64,000 nucleotides of DNA, taken from IMG/VR virus record IMGVR_UViG_3300020036_009184; one strand, written 5' to 3'. The DNA is from an uncultured virus (IMG/VR IMGVR_UViG_3300020036_009184). Lineage: Duplodnaviria; Heunggongvirae; Uroviricota; Caudoviricetes. Below are positions 1 to 11,393 of the stretch, piece by piece. Below the pieces are notes generated by a model. The model saw only the letters and a list, made by a program, of their open reading frames with translations, did not search any database and was not told the origin of the DNA. A program made the position numbers and the translations under genes. The stretch's first letter is position 1, and the number at the start of each line of letters is the position of its first letter.

Positions 1-789
1 GCAAGTGCCCAAATATCTCCATACGCGAATCCCGCTGTCGAGCGCATCAACAATTTGATGAAGGAAGGCAAGGGTATTAGCGAGGTGGCGAAGTATTTGG
101 AATTGTCCTCGCTGGATCTCACCACAATGCAGCCGATTGAAGCGATTCGTCGGCATTATGCGTTGAGTCAGCCCGGTATTCCGGCTGATTTGATTGATGG
201 CCTGATCGAAAATGATCTAGGCTTTGACCCCTCTGACCCAGAGGTTGAATTAACGAGTGCTCAAAAAGCGAATTTGTGGAAGAAACAGCAAGACGCCGTA
301 TCCTTCCTCAAAGATCAGCAGTTGTCAGCGGATAATCCGCAGGCAGTCCAAGCGGCTCAAGAGCAACAACAGATTGCGCAGCGGAATGTAGCAACCTGGA
401 GCGAAGTAATTCCGACGATGAAATTGGACCAAAAGTTTGAGTTCCAGGTCAACGACCAGGTAATCGAACTCCAATATCAACCTTCTGCCGGGGCGGTGGA
501 ACAGGCGCGTCAGATGGCTATCGCTACGATTGCAGGAAATCCTCTCGCATTTCCAGCCACAAGGGAACAATCCCCGATTATCAAAGACATGATCGACAAA
601 TTTCTGTTGATCACGGACGCTGAAAAGATCAAGGATGCTATTTTCAAACACGCATACGCTACGGCAACCGAAGAGGTGACGCAGCGCTTGAGTGGAAACA
701 AGGCAGCCCTGAATCGTCCACAATCGCAACCGCAACAAATTCCGGGTCAAAATAAGCCATCCGCAAGTTTGGCTGATTATATCCGGTAG
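1..789 (+). CDS. Putative scaffold or capsid assembly protein (5' partial)
   Basis: Frame is open from position 1; Q-rich helical protein directly upstream of the putative major capsid gene. Confidence 0.5.
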   Translation, partial: ASAQISPYANPAVERINNLMKEGKGISEVAKYLELSSLDLTTMQPIEAIRRHYALSQPGIPADLIDGLIENDLGFDPSDPEVELTSAQKANLWKKQQDAVSFLKDQQLSADNPQAVQAAQEQQQIAQRNVATWSEVIPTMKLDQKFEFQVNDQVIELQYQPSAGAVEQARQMAIATIAGNPLAFPATREQSPIIKDMIDKFLLITDAEKIKDAIFKHAYATATEEVTQRLSGNKAALNRPQSQPQQIPGQNKPSASLADYIR

Positions 790-814
790 TAACTAACTTT
801 TAACGACACAAACA

Positions 815-2341
815 ATGTCCTTAACTCCAACCTTGAGCCCTACGACCTTTCCGCAGGGCAATCCGAACAACAACTTCGCGTCAGTGGGTGGTGCCGTAGC
901 CGGCCAACCCGTCCTGACTACGATTTATGACCTGGCTCCGTGGAACGTTCTTCGTTCCGTGTACCAGCGGCACTCCATGGCTCCATCGTTCCGTATGATG
1001 GTCAGTGCTTTCGGCTCTGACTTCCGGCGCGGTGTTGCAGCCCCAACTACCGGTCACTACGAACAGGACTGGAACAATAGCCTGATTGAAGTCGGCTCCA
1101 TCGTTACTGCGGCTTCGGGCGCAGGCGCAAACATGGTGATCGCTCTTTCTGCCGCTTCGATGTTCAACAGTGCTGTCACCGTTTCCGGTTCTGCCCGCAA
1201 AGCATCGTATCCACAGAAAGGCCAACGTATTGTGCTGCCAAATGGCACCATGGCGTTCGTTGTATCCAAAGATGTGACTACTGATCCACACCGTCTCACG
1301 CTTCGTCCTGCAAATGCAGCCGAAAACCTGAACGATTCTGTAACTGCCGGCGAAAAATACTTCGTGGCTGACAATGCCTGGGCTGAGGGTTCTGCCCTTC
1401 CCAAAGGCAAACTGCGTCGGCTGTATAAGTATTCTAATACCTTCCAGATCATCAAGGAAGCGTTTGGTGCATCCGGTTCTGCGATCACTACCGAATTTTA
1501 CCCTATCTGGGATAAAGAAGGTGAAACTATCGTGCAGCCGCTGAAAGCCGACATGATCATGGATTACGAGCGCAGTGTTTCCAACGCTCTCCTTTTTGGT
1601 CAACAGATGGATAACATAACCGAGACGGATACGAAGTTGGAATACGACGTGGCCGTAACCGGTACGGAAGGTCTTATCGCCTTCGCGACGAACAATGGTT
1701 ACACCGACACGTACACTCCCGGCTCGTACACGACTCAGGACTTCTACACGGTATCCCGTATCTACGAACAGGAGCGCATTGGCTCCCGCGAAATCGTTAC
1801 CTGGGATGGTTTCGACATCTTTGCCGAACGTGAGCAGGTCCTGGCTACGCTGTACTCCTACACACTGGAGCCACAGTCGATCCAGTCCTGGATGTCCCAG
1901 TCCGATCCATTCGTCAGCAACGACAACTGGCAGCCGTACGAAGATAAAGACTTCGTGGCCTGGTTGGGCTTTAAAGGCATTCGCGCAGGTGGATACCAGT
2001 ACCTGTTCCAAATGTTGCATGAATTTAACGAAGCAGTCGGCGCAGGTGCCGAGGCTTACGACTACATGAAGTGGTCGATCTTCATGCCACTTGGTAACAC
2101 TGTCGATCAGAAAACGAACCAGCCTCGCGCAAACTTCGGTTACGAATGGCGCCAACTGGGTAACTACAAGCGTGAAGCCGTAGTTGCGAAAATCGGCGGC
2201 GTTGGTGTTGCTGGTTCTGGTGGCTACCTGCCAATCGAATATGCTGCATCGCAGTATGACTACATGGAAATGGGTATCGTATCCGAGATCGCATTCCACG
2301 CTGCTTGCGGCAACCGTATCGTCCGTCAAGTACCTGCGTAA
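815..2341 (+). CDS. Major capsid protein, crAss-like
   Basis: 508 aa; SNTFQIIK, ALLFGQ and GTEGLI segments resemble crAss-like MCPs; high-expression codon bias; followed by a hairpin. Confidence 0.75.
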   Translation: MSLTPTLSPTTFPQGNPNNNFASVGGAVAGQPVLTTIYDLAPWNVLRSVYQRHSMAPSFRMMVSAFGSDFRRGVAAPTTGHYEQDWNNSLIEVGSIVTAASGAGANMVIALSAASMFNSAVTVSGSARKASYPQKGQRIVLPNGTMAFVVSKDVTTDPHRLTLRPANAAENLNDSVTAGEKYFVADNAWAEGSALPKGKLRRLYKYSNTFQIIKEAFGASGSAITTEFYPIWDKEGETIVQPLKADMIMDYERSVSNALLFGQQMDNITETDTKLEYDVAVTGTEGLIAFATNNGYTDTYTPGSYTTQDFYTVSRIYEQERIGSREIVTWDGFDIFAEREQVLATLYSYTLEPQSIQSWMSQSDPFVSNDNWQPYEDKDFVAWLGFKGIRAGGYQYLFQMLHEFNEAVGAGAEAYDYMKWSIFMPLGNTVDQKTNQPRANFGYEWRQLGNYKREAVVAKIGGVGVAGSGGYLPIEYAASQYDYMEMGIVSEIAFHAACGNRIVRQVPA

Positions 2342-2350
2342 AAATTGATT

Positions 2351-2399
2351 TTTGGTGTTCCGGGGTGGTCGGCTTAACAGCCTGCCGCCCCACACCAAA
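2351..2399 (+). terminator. Stem-loop after the capsid gene
   Basis: GGGGTGGTCGGC...GCCTGCCGCCCC enclosed by TTTGGTG/CACCAAA; no clear U-tract. Confidence 0.45.
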
Positions 2400-2431
2400 T
2401 ACACTCATAATTCACACCAAATTTTCTAAAG

Positions 2432-3685
2432 ATGCTAATTCTTACTGGCGACTTAGGGGGTAAATCATACGATCAGCAGCAGATTCCTGCTCTTGAACTT
2501 ATGGCTGCCCTGGGTGTCCCCTCGCCCGGGAAGTACAACGAGTTTCGATTGATGAAAGGGCTGATCAAAATTGACAGCGAAGGACAGGAACATTATTCTG
2601 TCCGAATCTTCACACCAATCTTCAAAATCCAAATGCGTGACGGTGGTATGCTGCAGGTGCAGTATGCCGAAAACCGTACCGGGAACAAAGACAATTACAA
2701 GTACGCTCCGGATCGGATGCGGGAGTTTTCCAGCACAATGCTGATTTTTCACAAAGACCGAATGAACCTTGAAAAGTTTGTGTGGTTTTGGTTGAATCCA
2801 GCAAATGCGAACTGCCCGTACAGAAATCCATCCAAAGCACCAGTTTATTACTTCCACGATGCCGAAGCAGAAGCGACCAAAAAAATGGCTGCATCCGCAA
2901 GTCGCCGGGATGTAATGGACGAAATTCTTTCCATGGACGAGGACGGTCTTCGTATCATGGCAAAAGGATTGAAATACCGTGTCAATGGCGGCGACCGTTA
3001 TGTTCCGCGTGTAAACGAATCCGGACCAAAAGAACTTCGTTCCAACATGGTTGAAATGTTGATGTCCGATGGCGCCGCATTTGTTGACGCATGGAAGTCC
3101 GGCAGCGGCACCCTGAAAGGTATGCTGCGGCACGCGCTTGATGCCGGCCTGATAATCCAGGAAACCCAAAACTGGGGATCCTACTACAAATGGGGAAGCG
3201 GTACGCATGAGAGCGTAACCATCACTCAAGTACGCACCGGTGACGATCCATTTTCCGCGCTCGTACTGGCCTTCACGCAAAACTATGCCGACCTCAGCCC
3301 TATCTTACAGGCTGAACTGAATGGTTTGCGGGAAACGACAATGAACCTGGAAGTGGACAAAACCCAGTACAAACTGGATAAGCCAGCCGAAGTAACGCTC
3401 AAATACATCCAGTCTCTGGGTGCTGAGGGTATCTTTGACATGGCGCTGTCCAACGACGTGGTAGCGATTAATCGCGCTGACGGCCAGGTTTATCTGGTGC
3501 AAGATGGCGATCTGTCTGGCGATCCATTATTCGGTGCGACCGACAAAAAAGCATGGCGGGCTGAACTGATTGAATTTATGGACAGCCGCGATCCACGCGC
3601 AAAAGCAGTGAAAAACACTTTGGCAAACGCCGTATTCCACGCCGTAAAGGCAAAACGGCCGGTTGCTGAGGAAGAAATAGTTTAA
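2432..3685 (+). CDS. Virion-module hypothetical protein
   Basis: 417-aa ORF directly after the MCP. Confidence 0.6.
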   Translation: MLILTGDLGGKSYDQQQIPALELMAALGVPSPGKYNEFRLMKGLIKIDSEGQEHYSVRIFTPIFKIQMRDGGMLQVQYAENRTGNKDNYKYAPDRMREFSSTMLIFHKDRMNLEKFVWFWLNPANANCPYRNPSKAPVYYFHDAEAEATKKMAASASRRDVMDEILSMDEDGLRIMAKGLKYRVNGGDRYVPRVNESGPKELRSNMVEMLMSDGAAFVDAWKSGSGTLKGMLRHALDAGLIIQETQNWGSYYKWGSGTHESVTITQVRTGDDPFSALVLAFTQNYADLSPILQAELNGLRETTMNLEVDKTQYKLDKPAEVTLKYIQSLGAEGIFDMALSNDVVAINRADGQVYLVQDGDLSGDPLFGATDKKAWRAELIEFMDSRDPRAKAVKNTLANAVFHAVKAKRPVAEEEIV

Positions 3686-3703
3686 CCCAACAATACGAAT
3701 AAG

Positions 3704-4621
3704 ATGCTCATTTCTGCCAGTTTTGAGGCCCGTAAAGGCAATGCCAACGATGGCAAAATTTATGTCAGTTTTGCAGACGATGAAGGTACGGGTGGCACTG
3801 TCACTTGCGCTTTCGAAATAACGAATCCTGCGGGCGTCGTTATCTGCACGCTTGCGGAAACTGAAATATCCTTTGCTCCCGGTGGCGACGGAGAAAATTC
3901 TGTGGATATTCCGCTGGATTCTCTTGGTGCTTACATGGAAGGCGATTACACTTTCCAGTTTGTAGTCACCGGCATCCTCTCCCCGATTGATAGAACGGAC
4001 ATCTATTCGTATGTGGCGTATAACGCTCCCGACCACCTTTCCAGCGATACAATTGCATGGACAACGAATCTGGATTGTAATACCGAAGAAATTACAGCGG
4101 AGGATGTAACGGTGTACCCGACCGAAGATTTCACTCGCAACTCACGCCTATTGACGGTGACACCGCCAGTAGTCTCCGGAGCGAGCCCGACAGCTTCGAC
4201 GAGTGCTACCGTTACAGCCCCTGTAACATATACGAATGTGCCATACCAGGTAACATTGGATGTGGTGTATTCGTATAATCAGATTGATGTTGACGAGGTG
4301 CTGACCTTTTTCAGTTTCGGATCTACCAATTTATACATCAGCATTGATGTGGATTGCGATCCGAATATGTGCTCAACAGTCAAATGCCTGGCTTCCAAAT
4401 TCGACAAACTAGAGGCAAAAGCAACTCGCCTGGGTGGATGGTTTAACCTTTCTCCGCAAGATAAAGGCGATTTTGAGTACGCATCTACCCTTACGCTGCT
4501 GGCCATGCAACTTCGCACTTGTGGCGAGAACGATATGGCAAAAGTGTATATTGACAAAGCCAAGGTATTGCTGAATTGCGACTGTGGCTGTTCTGAAACC
4601 ACTACACCTCAACCGCTGTGA
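3704..4621 (+). CDS. Putative structural protein with Cys-rich C-terminus
   Basis: Thr/Val-rich beta-type sequence ending in LNCDCGCS; position in virion module. Confidence 0.55.
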   Translation: MLISASFEARKGNANDGKIYVSFADDEGTGGTVTCAFEITNPAGVVICTLAETEISFAPGGDGENSVDIPLDSLGAYMEGDYTFQFVVTGILSPIDRTDIYSYVAYNAPDHLSSDTIAWTTNLDCNTEEITAEDVTVYPTEDFTRNSRLLTVTPPVVSGASPTASTSATVTAPVTYTNVPYQVTLDVVYSYNQIDVDEVLTFFSFGSTNLYISIDVDCDPNMCSTVKCLASKFDKLEAKATRLGGWFNLSPQDKGDFEYASTLTLLAMQLRTCGENDMAKVYIDKAKVLLNCDCGCSETTTPQPL

Positions 4622-5313
4622 TCAACGTAGAACAGGTATATCAATCCATGCGCGATCTTTCTTCGAAAGGGAAAGGTGGATACGCAGACAGTGACGAGTT
4701 CAACAAAAACTCGAAACGGGCTGAACTATTGCTGTTGCAATATTACTGTTCCGTTTTTGAGAAAACTGGACTGGTCCCGGATGCGATATATCCGTTCCTG
4801 AAAGAGCCGGCGCCGGTAGTATTGGATAATAATGGCCGTATCGCCATACCGTCCGATATGATTCATCGGGTGTTTGTCAAGTACGTTACCGCTACCAATG
4901 GTCCGAGCGGACCCGTTCTGACCGAATACCAGACTCAGTACCTGGAGAAGTTGGAAGAGATGGCGACACTAGATAGCCCTATCCGGAAGCCGAACTTTGA
5001 AAATGGTATCATCGCTTACGCCTTCGGGCCAAACAGCACGCTCCAGATATACCCAAAAACATTGACAGGATATGTCAAAATCCAGTATTTCCGCGCTCCT
5101 ACGTATGCTGTCCGGGGTTGGACGCTGGATGTTACGAATGACGAGCAAGATTACGATGCTGGCACCTCTACACAGTATGAGTGGCCACCACAGGAAGAAA
5201 ACAATATCCTGGACCTGATTATGCTGTCTCAGGGCATAACCATGCGGGATAGCCAGATCATTCAGTGGGCAAGTTCACACCAATCACTCACCCCTAATAT
5301 TCCAATCGTATGA
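4618..5313 (+). CDS. Putative tail tubular/ring protein
   Basis: 231 aa; DEFN...AEL N-terminus and LQIYP...IQYFRAP motif typical of head-tail ring proteins; overlaps its neighbours. Confidence 0.6.
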   Translation: MINVEQVYQSMRDLSSKGKGGYADSDEFNKNSKRAELLLLQYYCSVFEKTGLVPDAIYPFLKEPAPVVLDNNGRIAIPSDMIHRVFVKYVTATNGPSGPVLTEYQTQYLEKLEEMATLDSPIRKPNFENGIIAYAFGPNSTLQIYPKTLTGYVKIQYFRAPTYAVRGWTLDVTNDEQDYDAGTSTQYEWPPQEENNILDLIMLSQGITMRDSQIIQWASSHQSLTPNIPIV

Positions 5314-5978
5314 CCAAAGGAGTCTTGATAGAATCCGCATACCTGAGTATTATGGGTGGGGAACTTACCCAGGATGCCAATGTGCGTCGGGAAGACCTGA
5401 ATGCGTACCTGCCTACCGCTGTTGCGCGTGCATGGAAACAGGAGATGTTTGGTGATCGGGCAGAAGCCAGGGCTGAAGTGTCGGTCAACGGATTCGGCTC
5501 TTTTTCGCCATCGCCTGAGTTTTATTCCGAAGTTGTGATTACTCCGGTTAAAAACGATGTTACTTGCGCGTATTCGGCAACGCTACCAAAATTACTGGAC
5601 CTTCCGAATAACTGGAACGTGCTGAATGCCAGGCCGGTAGCGAGTTTTGACATTGATTACATTCGCGTCACATCGCACCGTGACGCTATTGGACTGGAAG
5701 GGCTGGGGCCTGTTTTTTACTGGGTGACAAATACGGCTTCTCGCACAGTGGCAAACTTTGTTGATCTGCCGGTTCCTATCCAGGATATCGTCTTTACTGT
5801 AGCGATTTCCCCGGAAGCGCTGGCCCTCACAGATGAAGTGCCATATCCGCCTTCCGTTTTAAATACCGCGATCAATATGATGGTCGCTTATTTCCGTCAA
5901 CAGCGTAGCGTGCCTGCCGATGCTGAACTGGATGGAAATGATATCAATGATTCACCGATGCCCATGGGCCGTAAATAA
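5310..5978 (+). CDS. Putative ring/structural protein
   Basis: 222 aa, ATGA-coupled within the tail operon. Confidence 0.5.
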   Translation: MTKGVLIESAYLSIMGGELTQDANVRREDLNAYLPTAVARAWKQEMFGDRAEARAEVSVNGFGSFSPSPEFYSEVVITPVKNDVTCAYSATLPKLLDLPNNWNVLNARPVASFDIDYIRVTSHRDAIGLEGLGPVFYWVTNTASRTVANFVDLPVPIQDIVFTVAISPEALALTDEVPYPPSVLNTAINMMVAYFRQQRSVPADAELDGNDINDSPMPMGRK

Positions 5979-5984
5979 AAGATC

Positions 5985-6746
5985 ATGCGTTTTGTAACTC
6001 TGGACTTCATTGTAAGGAATATTTGCGCGGTCCAATTGCAGGACGCCTCCTTCTCCCAATATCCTCGGGTTGCCAGGGCGGTACGCTCGGCAGTCATTCA
6101 GGCGCAGATGAACTTTGTTCCTGCGATGAAGTCTCAACTCATTGAGGTTGACGACAATTACATTGCGCAACTTCCTCCGGATGCGGATACTGTTACAAAA
6201 GTAGGGCTCCTGACAAAATCAGGCCGTATCGTTACGCTAATACGCGACAATGGGTTACGGCGCGATCAATTAGAGCGTTTGGAAGACGAACCGGAATACT
6301 GCGAATGCGAACAGGCGCCCGATGTCGCACTGGAGGTGCCACTGACATCTACCCCTGCCAATGTGTTCCATAACGTCACTTGGAATGCGTACCGGTACGG
6401 CGAAATGTATAGCGTGCCAACATTGCTTGATTATGTCGGCACATGGCGGCATAATGAACAGGTGGGCGTACTTGAAATGGGCGCTGGTACGCTGGTACAG
6501 ACCGGTATCAAGATTTTGGTGGAGTATAAGGCCCTGGGCGATGTCACAATGATACCTATGGAAGCGCAGGAAACTATCGAGGCTTTTGCCATGTACAAAC
6601 TGGACTTTAACCGGGCGCCAGGGAAAGCGCAATTTTCCATGAATGAGTTCCGGCGTCATGCGGCAATGCTGAAACGGCAATATGCTGCCTACGATGGAAT
6701 TTCTCTCCTGAACGCCTTTATGCGGGGCCAAAAATCAACGATATGA
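5985..6746 (+). CDS. Putative ring/structural protein
   Basis: 253 aa; ILVEYK...IP...ETIEAF segment resembles crAss-like ring proteins. Confidence 0.5.
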   Translation: MRFVTLDFIVRNICAVQLQDASFSQYPRVARAVRSAVIQAQMNFVPAMKSQLIEVDDNYIAQLPPDADTVTKVGLLTKSGRIVTLIRDNGLRRDQLERLEDEPEYCECEQAPDVALEVPLTSTPANVFHNVTWNAYRYGEMYSVPTLLDYVGTWRHNEQVGVLEMGAGTLVQTGIKILVEYKALGDVTMIPMEAQETIEAFAMYKLDFNRAPGKAQFSMNEFRRHAAMLKRQYAAYDGISLLNAFMRGQKSTI

Positions 6747-9700
6747 GCAAGACACGTCAGATTTCACCAAACGTATTTGTCGGTGGGCTGAATGTCGATG
6801 CTGATCCACATATCACTCCAAACGAGGATTACATTGATGCAACCGACATCATAAATGGTTACGGTGGCCAGATTGGCGCCATTATGTTCCCGCGTGGCAA
6901 TACAAAGGTGGCATATACGCTCCCGGGTGTCGCAGCGGATAATAAGTGCATTGGATGTATCGAAGACAAGCAAACCCAGTCCGCGATCATTTTTATATAC
7001 AATGCAAACGATGAACACCGTGTACTCTGGTGGAAACCGCTTGATCCTCTAAGTCAAATACGGCTATTGGGCGAAGGCTCTGTATTCAACTTTTCCTCTA
7101 CTCAATTTATTTCCCAGGCGGCAGTTGTCGATGGGAAATTGGTATATTGGGTGGATGGCCAGGTGATACAGGGCGTAATGCGCGGCAATCCTCCCCGGGA
7201 ACTGGATGCGGAAACGGCAGATGTCACGGATAAGGACCGGAAATACGAACTATACGCCGGTATCCCGGGCGAAGATCAGTTCCAAGCGGGTAATGAGTAC
7301 ACGTTCAAGATCACGAATGGTACTGACATATTGATGGAGGTGACGTTTACTGCCGATGGGACGTATGAAAACGATCCATCTGGCGGGTTAGAGTGGTTGA
7401 ATACTGAATTGGCCGGCTCGTCATTGGGCCCGTATTTATCGCTTCACTTCTGCGAATGCAAACTTGAAATTTCGGTATTGACCGAGATGGTTCCAGAAGG
7501 TTATAATATTCTGGAACTGACAATGGTATCTGCCACCAATGGCGACATTGTGCTGGTTGGTATCAACTTTTATCCTACTCCATTACAAGCATTCCATCTT
7601 GACCTGGTAAAGCAGCCGGCGCACTGTGCCCCATCGGCAGAGTTTGTTCGATCCGCGTTGACGCCGCTAAACAACGTTGAAGGCATTTGCGCTCAGTTTA
7701 TCGTTCGATATATTTATCGGACAGGAGCCAGATCAGCATGGTCGCCAGTATCGAATATTGCCCTGAATACGGATCTGTCCGGGGGGATCATTCCGTCGTT
7801 GAACGCTATTGATGTAGATTTCACCGATGAGCGCCTGAGTGATCCGGCTTGGCTCTTTATGATCCGAGCGGTCGAGGTGGCGTTCCGTGATGGGAATACT
7901 AACGAATTTAAACTGATAGACCGGTTCGATGTCTGCGAAATTGGCATCCAGCGGCAAAAAATAACGTTCCTGAACGATAAACTATATCAGAACGTAGAAA
8001 GTGATGATTTGTCGACCGGTGTTGACACACAGGTATTGAAGCCATTCGACAGCGTGCCGCTTATTTCTGGGGCCCTGGCTATCGGTGCTGATAATAACGG
8101 CAATAACCTGCAGTTTTTGGGGCAATAACCTGGAAGGGTATGACTGCCCGGATTGCGTGGACATGACAGTGACGGCAGAAGAGTGGAACGACGAATGCTT
8201 GATCGATATAAAGGGGACGGTTGAAATCATAAACAATGCAGCCTATCCAACAGCGGATCCAGACTATTCGGCTTACCCTCTTGGCGGGTTTGTTGTCTAC
8301 CTGGCCGGCACCAATTACTTTGCTATCTCCAATAATCCGGCAGACGGTTCTGGGGATGGCGCGTTCACGATACCAAAGGTTCCTCGGGGTTTTTACATTC
8401 TTCGCGTAGCGTCGTATAAATGCTCTCTGACGGACGATCTCGGCGTGCGGTACAATCTATCCAATGGACAGGAATATCAGCGCACAAGCGCTCCTGTGGT
8501 CGATTGTGCAGGTTCTGTGGCTGCCGGGCTGAATCAGTTTGAGCGCTTGATTGATACAACGACGATTGTGGGTGATTTTGATCTGGATGTAGAGGTTGGA
8601 TACGGGGCTATTCAAGTCGCCAACATGCACTTCTCAAAGGAGTTCCAGAAAGTGGACAATGGGGATGTGTTTATTAACTACCATGAGGTTTACTATCTTG
8701 ACAACGATGGTCTTGATGCGGATGCGGCAGACCGGATTGCCGCGTTGAATTGTGAAAGGCAAAAATTGATCACTCCAAGTTTTTCTGGCGCTGTAGATTT
8801 ATTCACAGACCATAACGGGTATATTTTCTTTCCGTATACAGATGTGAAATCTGGCGGCGCCTGGAGTCCCGCATCTTTTGTGCCGGATATTACGGGCCCC
8901 ACTCCCTATTCGCCAACATTCCAATTGTATCAGGGGGACTATCTGCAGATGTACAATGACACCCTTGTGGCCGTCGCATCAATAAGCACTACGACAGGCG
9001 GCGGGGGCGTTCGGTTTGTTATCAATACCGATGCTCTTTTCGCCAACAGAAAGCGTGTTTTACAAACAACTGCCATTGACGCAAATAGCACGCCTCTCCC
9101 AAGTGTACTTTTTGTGTTTTCCAGAACGACGCGCACATCGGTTACGGGGATAGATGGTATCGCCCAGATATTGTGTTACGCTCAATACGACAATCAGGAC
9201 AGGGAGGACGACTATCTGATAGCTAATTATGCTGACGATATCTGTTACCTGCACTACCCAGGCAATCCTGTCACGGTTGAAGATTTCCGGATAGTATATC
9301 TGTTGGGAATGAATATTGATCCAAAAGTCGTGAGCGATTACGTGTTTAGTGTTGTCGGCGGCATACCTGCTAATCTTCGCTTTTTGAAGGCGGGCGGTAT
9401 TTACGACTTCGGTATCGTATATGAGGATGAGGCAAACCGGACCTGTGGAGTATCGAAAGGGCCTCGTTTGTTCGTTCCGTTCCATATCAATGGATTGACT
9501 CGTTACCAAGCGAAGTGGAGCATTTCTTCTATCCCCCCTGACTGGGCTCACCACTTCCGTATTGTGCGCACGAAAAATTCCCTGCACCAGTCATACGTGC
9601 AGTGGAACGTAAGTGAGGTAAAGTACGTGCGCATCCCGTCTGATATCGAGGCGCCCATTGATACAACTTATGCAGCCGGAGACTACACCCATCTGCTATT

Positions 9701-11360
9701 CCGTTTGTTTGTGCGCGATCCGGTCAGCACCGATGACTCGCTCACTCTATTTTGGCAGCAAGACGGGCAGGAAGGGTATTACCCTCAACAGGGAGATGTT
9801 GTTCGTTTGATACTGAATGACCAGGGCGAACCGGTAAATACAGCCGACATCCTGTATCAGTCAGAAATTGTCGGCACTTACATCGACGGCGACGGCAAAG
9901 TGTGGGCTATTGTGAATGCCAGTTTTGGGATGCTGGAGATCAAGCCCGACTTCCTGGTGGAATACCTTACGCCGCGCAGAAATGTGGAAGAGGTGTATTA
10001 TGAGGGTGGTGAGGACTGTTACGATGTACTTGATCCTTTCTTCCAGAATCGGCGACATGCTGGCCCTATCCAGGACCAGGTAATTGTCGATGGCGTTACG
10101 ACTGTTCCCGCTCAGGGTATGGTGACTGGTGGTGATACTTACTGGCGCCGGCAATTATTCACCGACACAGCTGCGTATATCACAGAACATGCCAGCCCGA
10201 ACCGCTTGATCAATTCATCGTGCGAAGATATTGGCCGTGCATTTATCTATAATCCCGATGCAGTGCAGTTGCTGTACTATAATCGGGTCCGGTTCTCTGG
10301 CAGTTATCTGCCAAACTCGAAAGTGAACGACTTCCCATCTTTTGGGGCCCTGGATTATCAAGATATGAATCGCCAATGGGGGCAGATCAAATGGATGGGA
10401 TTTGCGAATAACGTACTCTTGGCGGTATGTCAATTCAAGATCCAGCCACTATACGTCAAAAGAGGTCAGATTATGTTCCTGGGCGGCGAAACAGGAGTGG
10501 GCCGTAGTGATGATGTCATAAACATCGCCGATGCCTCACGCAGCAATTATGGCAGCAATAACCCTGAATCGATTGTTGAAGAAAATGGACTCGTTTACGG
10601 GTGGGACGGATACAACGGTGTTGTGTGGCGGTATAGCCAGGCCGGTGTCGATGTGATCACCACGAATATGATCCGATATTTCCGGGATCTGGGCCGGCAG
10701 CGGAGTGAGAATGTGCCAGACTTTGTTTTAGGTGGTTATGACCGAAGACATACCATGTACATCCTGGCCGGACTGCAAACAGAGAAGTTGCCAGCATTTA
10801 CCATTGGATATGACGAGGTGAAAGGCCGATGGGTGTCACGCTACAATTACCAGCCAGAAATGATGGGCCGTGTTGGCCAGGAGTTTGTATCGTTCAAAAA
10901 CGGTGAACTGTGGCGGCACCATATCAACAACAACTTCTGCAACTGGTATGGTGTCCAGTACAAGCCGACTGTTCAATTTATCGTGAACGCGATGCCGGGA
11001 ATGGTAAAACTCTTCTTCTCGCTGCGTATCCTGACGAACCGGGCCTGGAATGCTCCCGCAATTACAACGGGTAGAAACCTGAATTACAATACCGGGATGT
11101 CGTCTCGTTTGAAGTCAAACAAGTTTCAGCGCATCGAGGGCGTGCTGGCTGCGGACTTCCTGCGGGACATGAATGATACGTCGCCTCAGTTCCTGGCGAT
11201 ATCGAATCCGACAACCAGAGCGGCAACCGCTTTGTTGGCCGGCCGTAATCTCCGGGGCGAGTATATGACCATCACTTTGGAGGTGGATAACGGTGCTCTG
11301 GACACCAGATTGACTCGCGTGGACACGTATTACGTGCCAAGTGAGGAAACAAACCCGTAA
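6743..11360 (+). CDS. Tail stabilisation (muzzle/nozzle) protein split into ORFs 6743-8128 and 8085-11360 by one extra base near 8114-8122
   Basis: N-terminal FVGGLNVDADP...NEDYIDA; joining the frames gives GNNLQFLGNNLEGYD; later YDFGIVYED and YGSNNPESI motifs. Confidence 0.7.
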
Positions 11361-11365
11361 AACCT

Positions 11366-11373
11366 TATATTTG
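11366..11373 (+). promoter_or_regulatory. Bacteroidota-type -7 promoter element TATATTTG
   Basis: Matches TAnnTTTG, 20 bp before ATG 11394. Confidence 0.55.
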
Positions 11374-11393
11374 CGTCACAAAATACCTATACC

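Noticed and set aside
881..2404. 507-aa minus-strand ORF and other long antisense ORFs such as 15673-16851
   Set aside because: Shadows of strongly codon-biased + strand genes; no recognisable motifs
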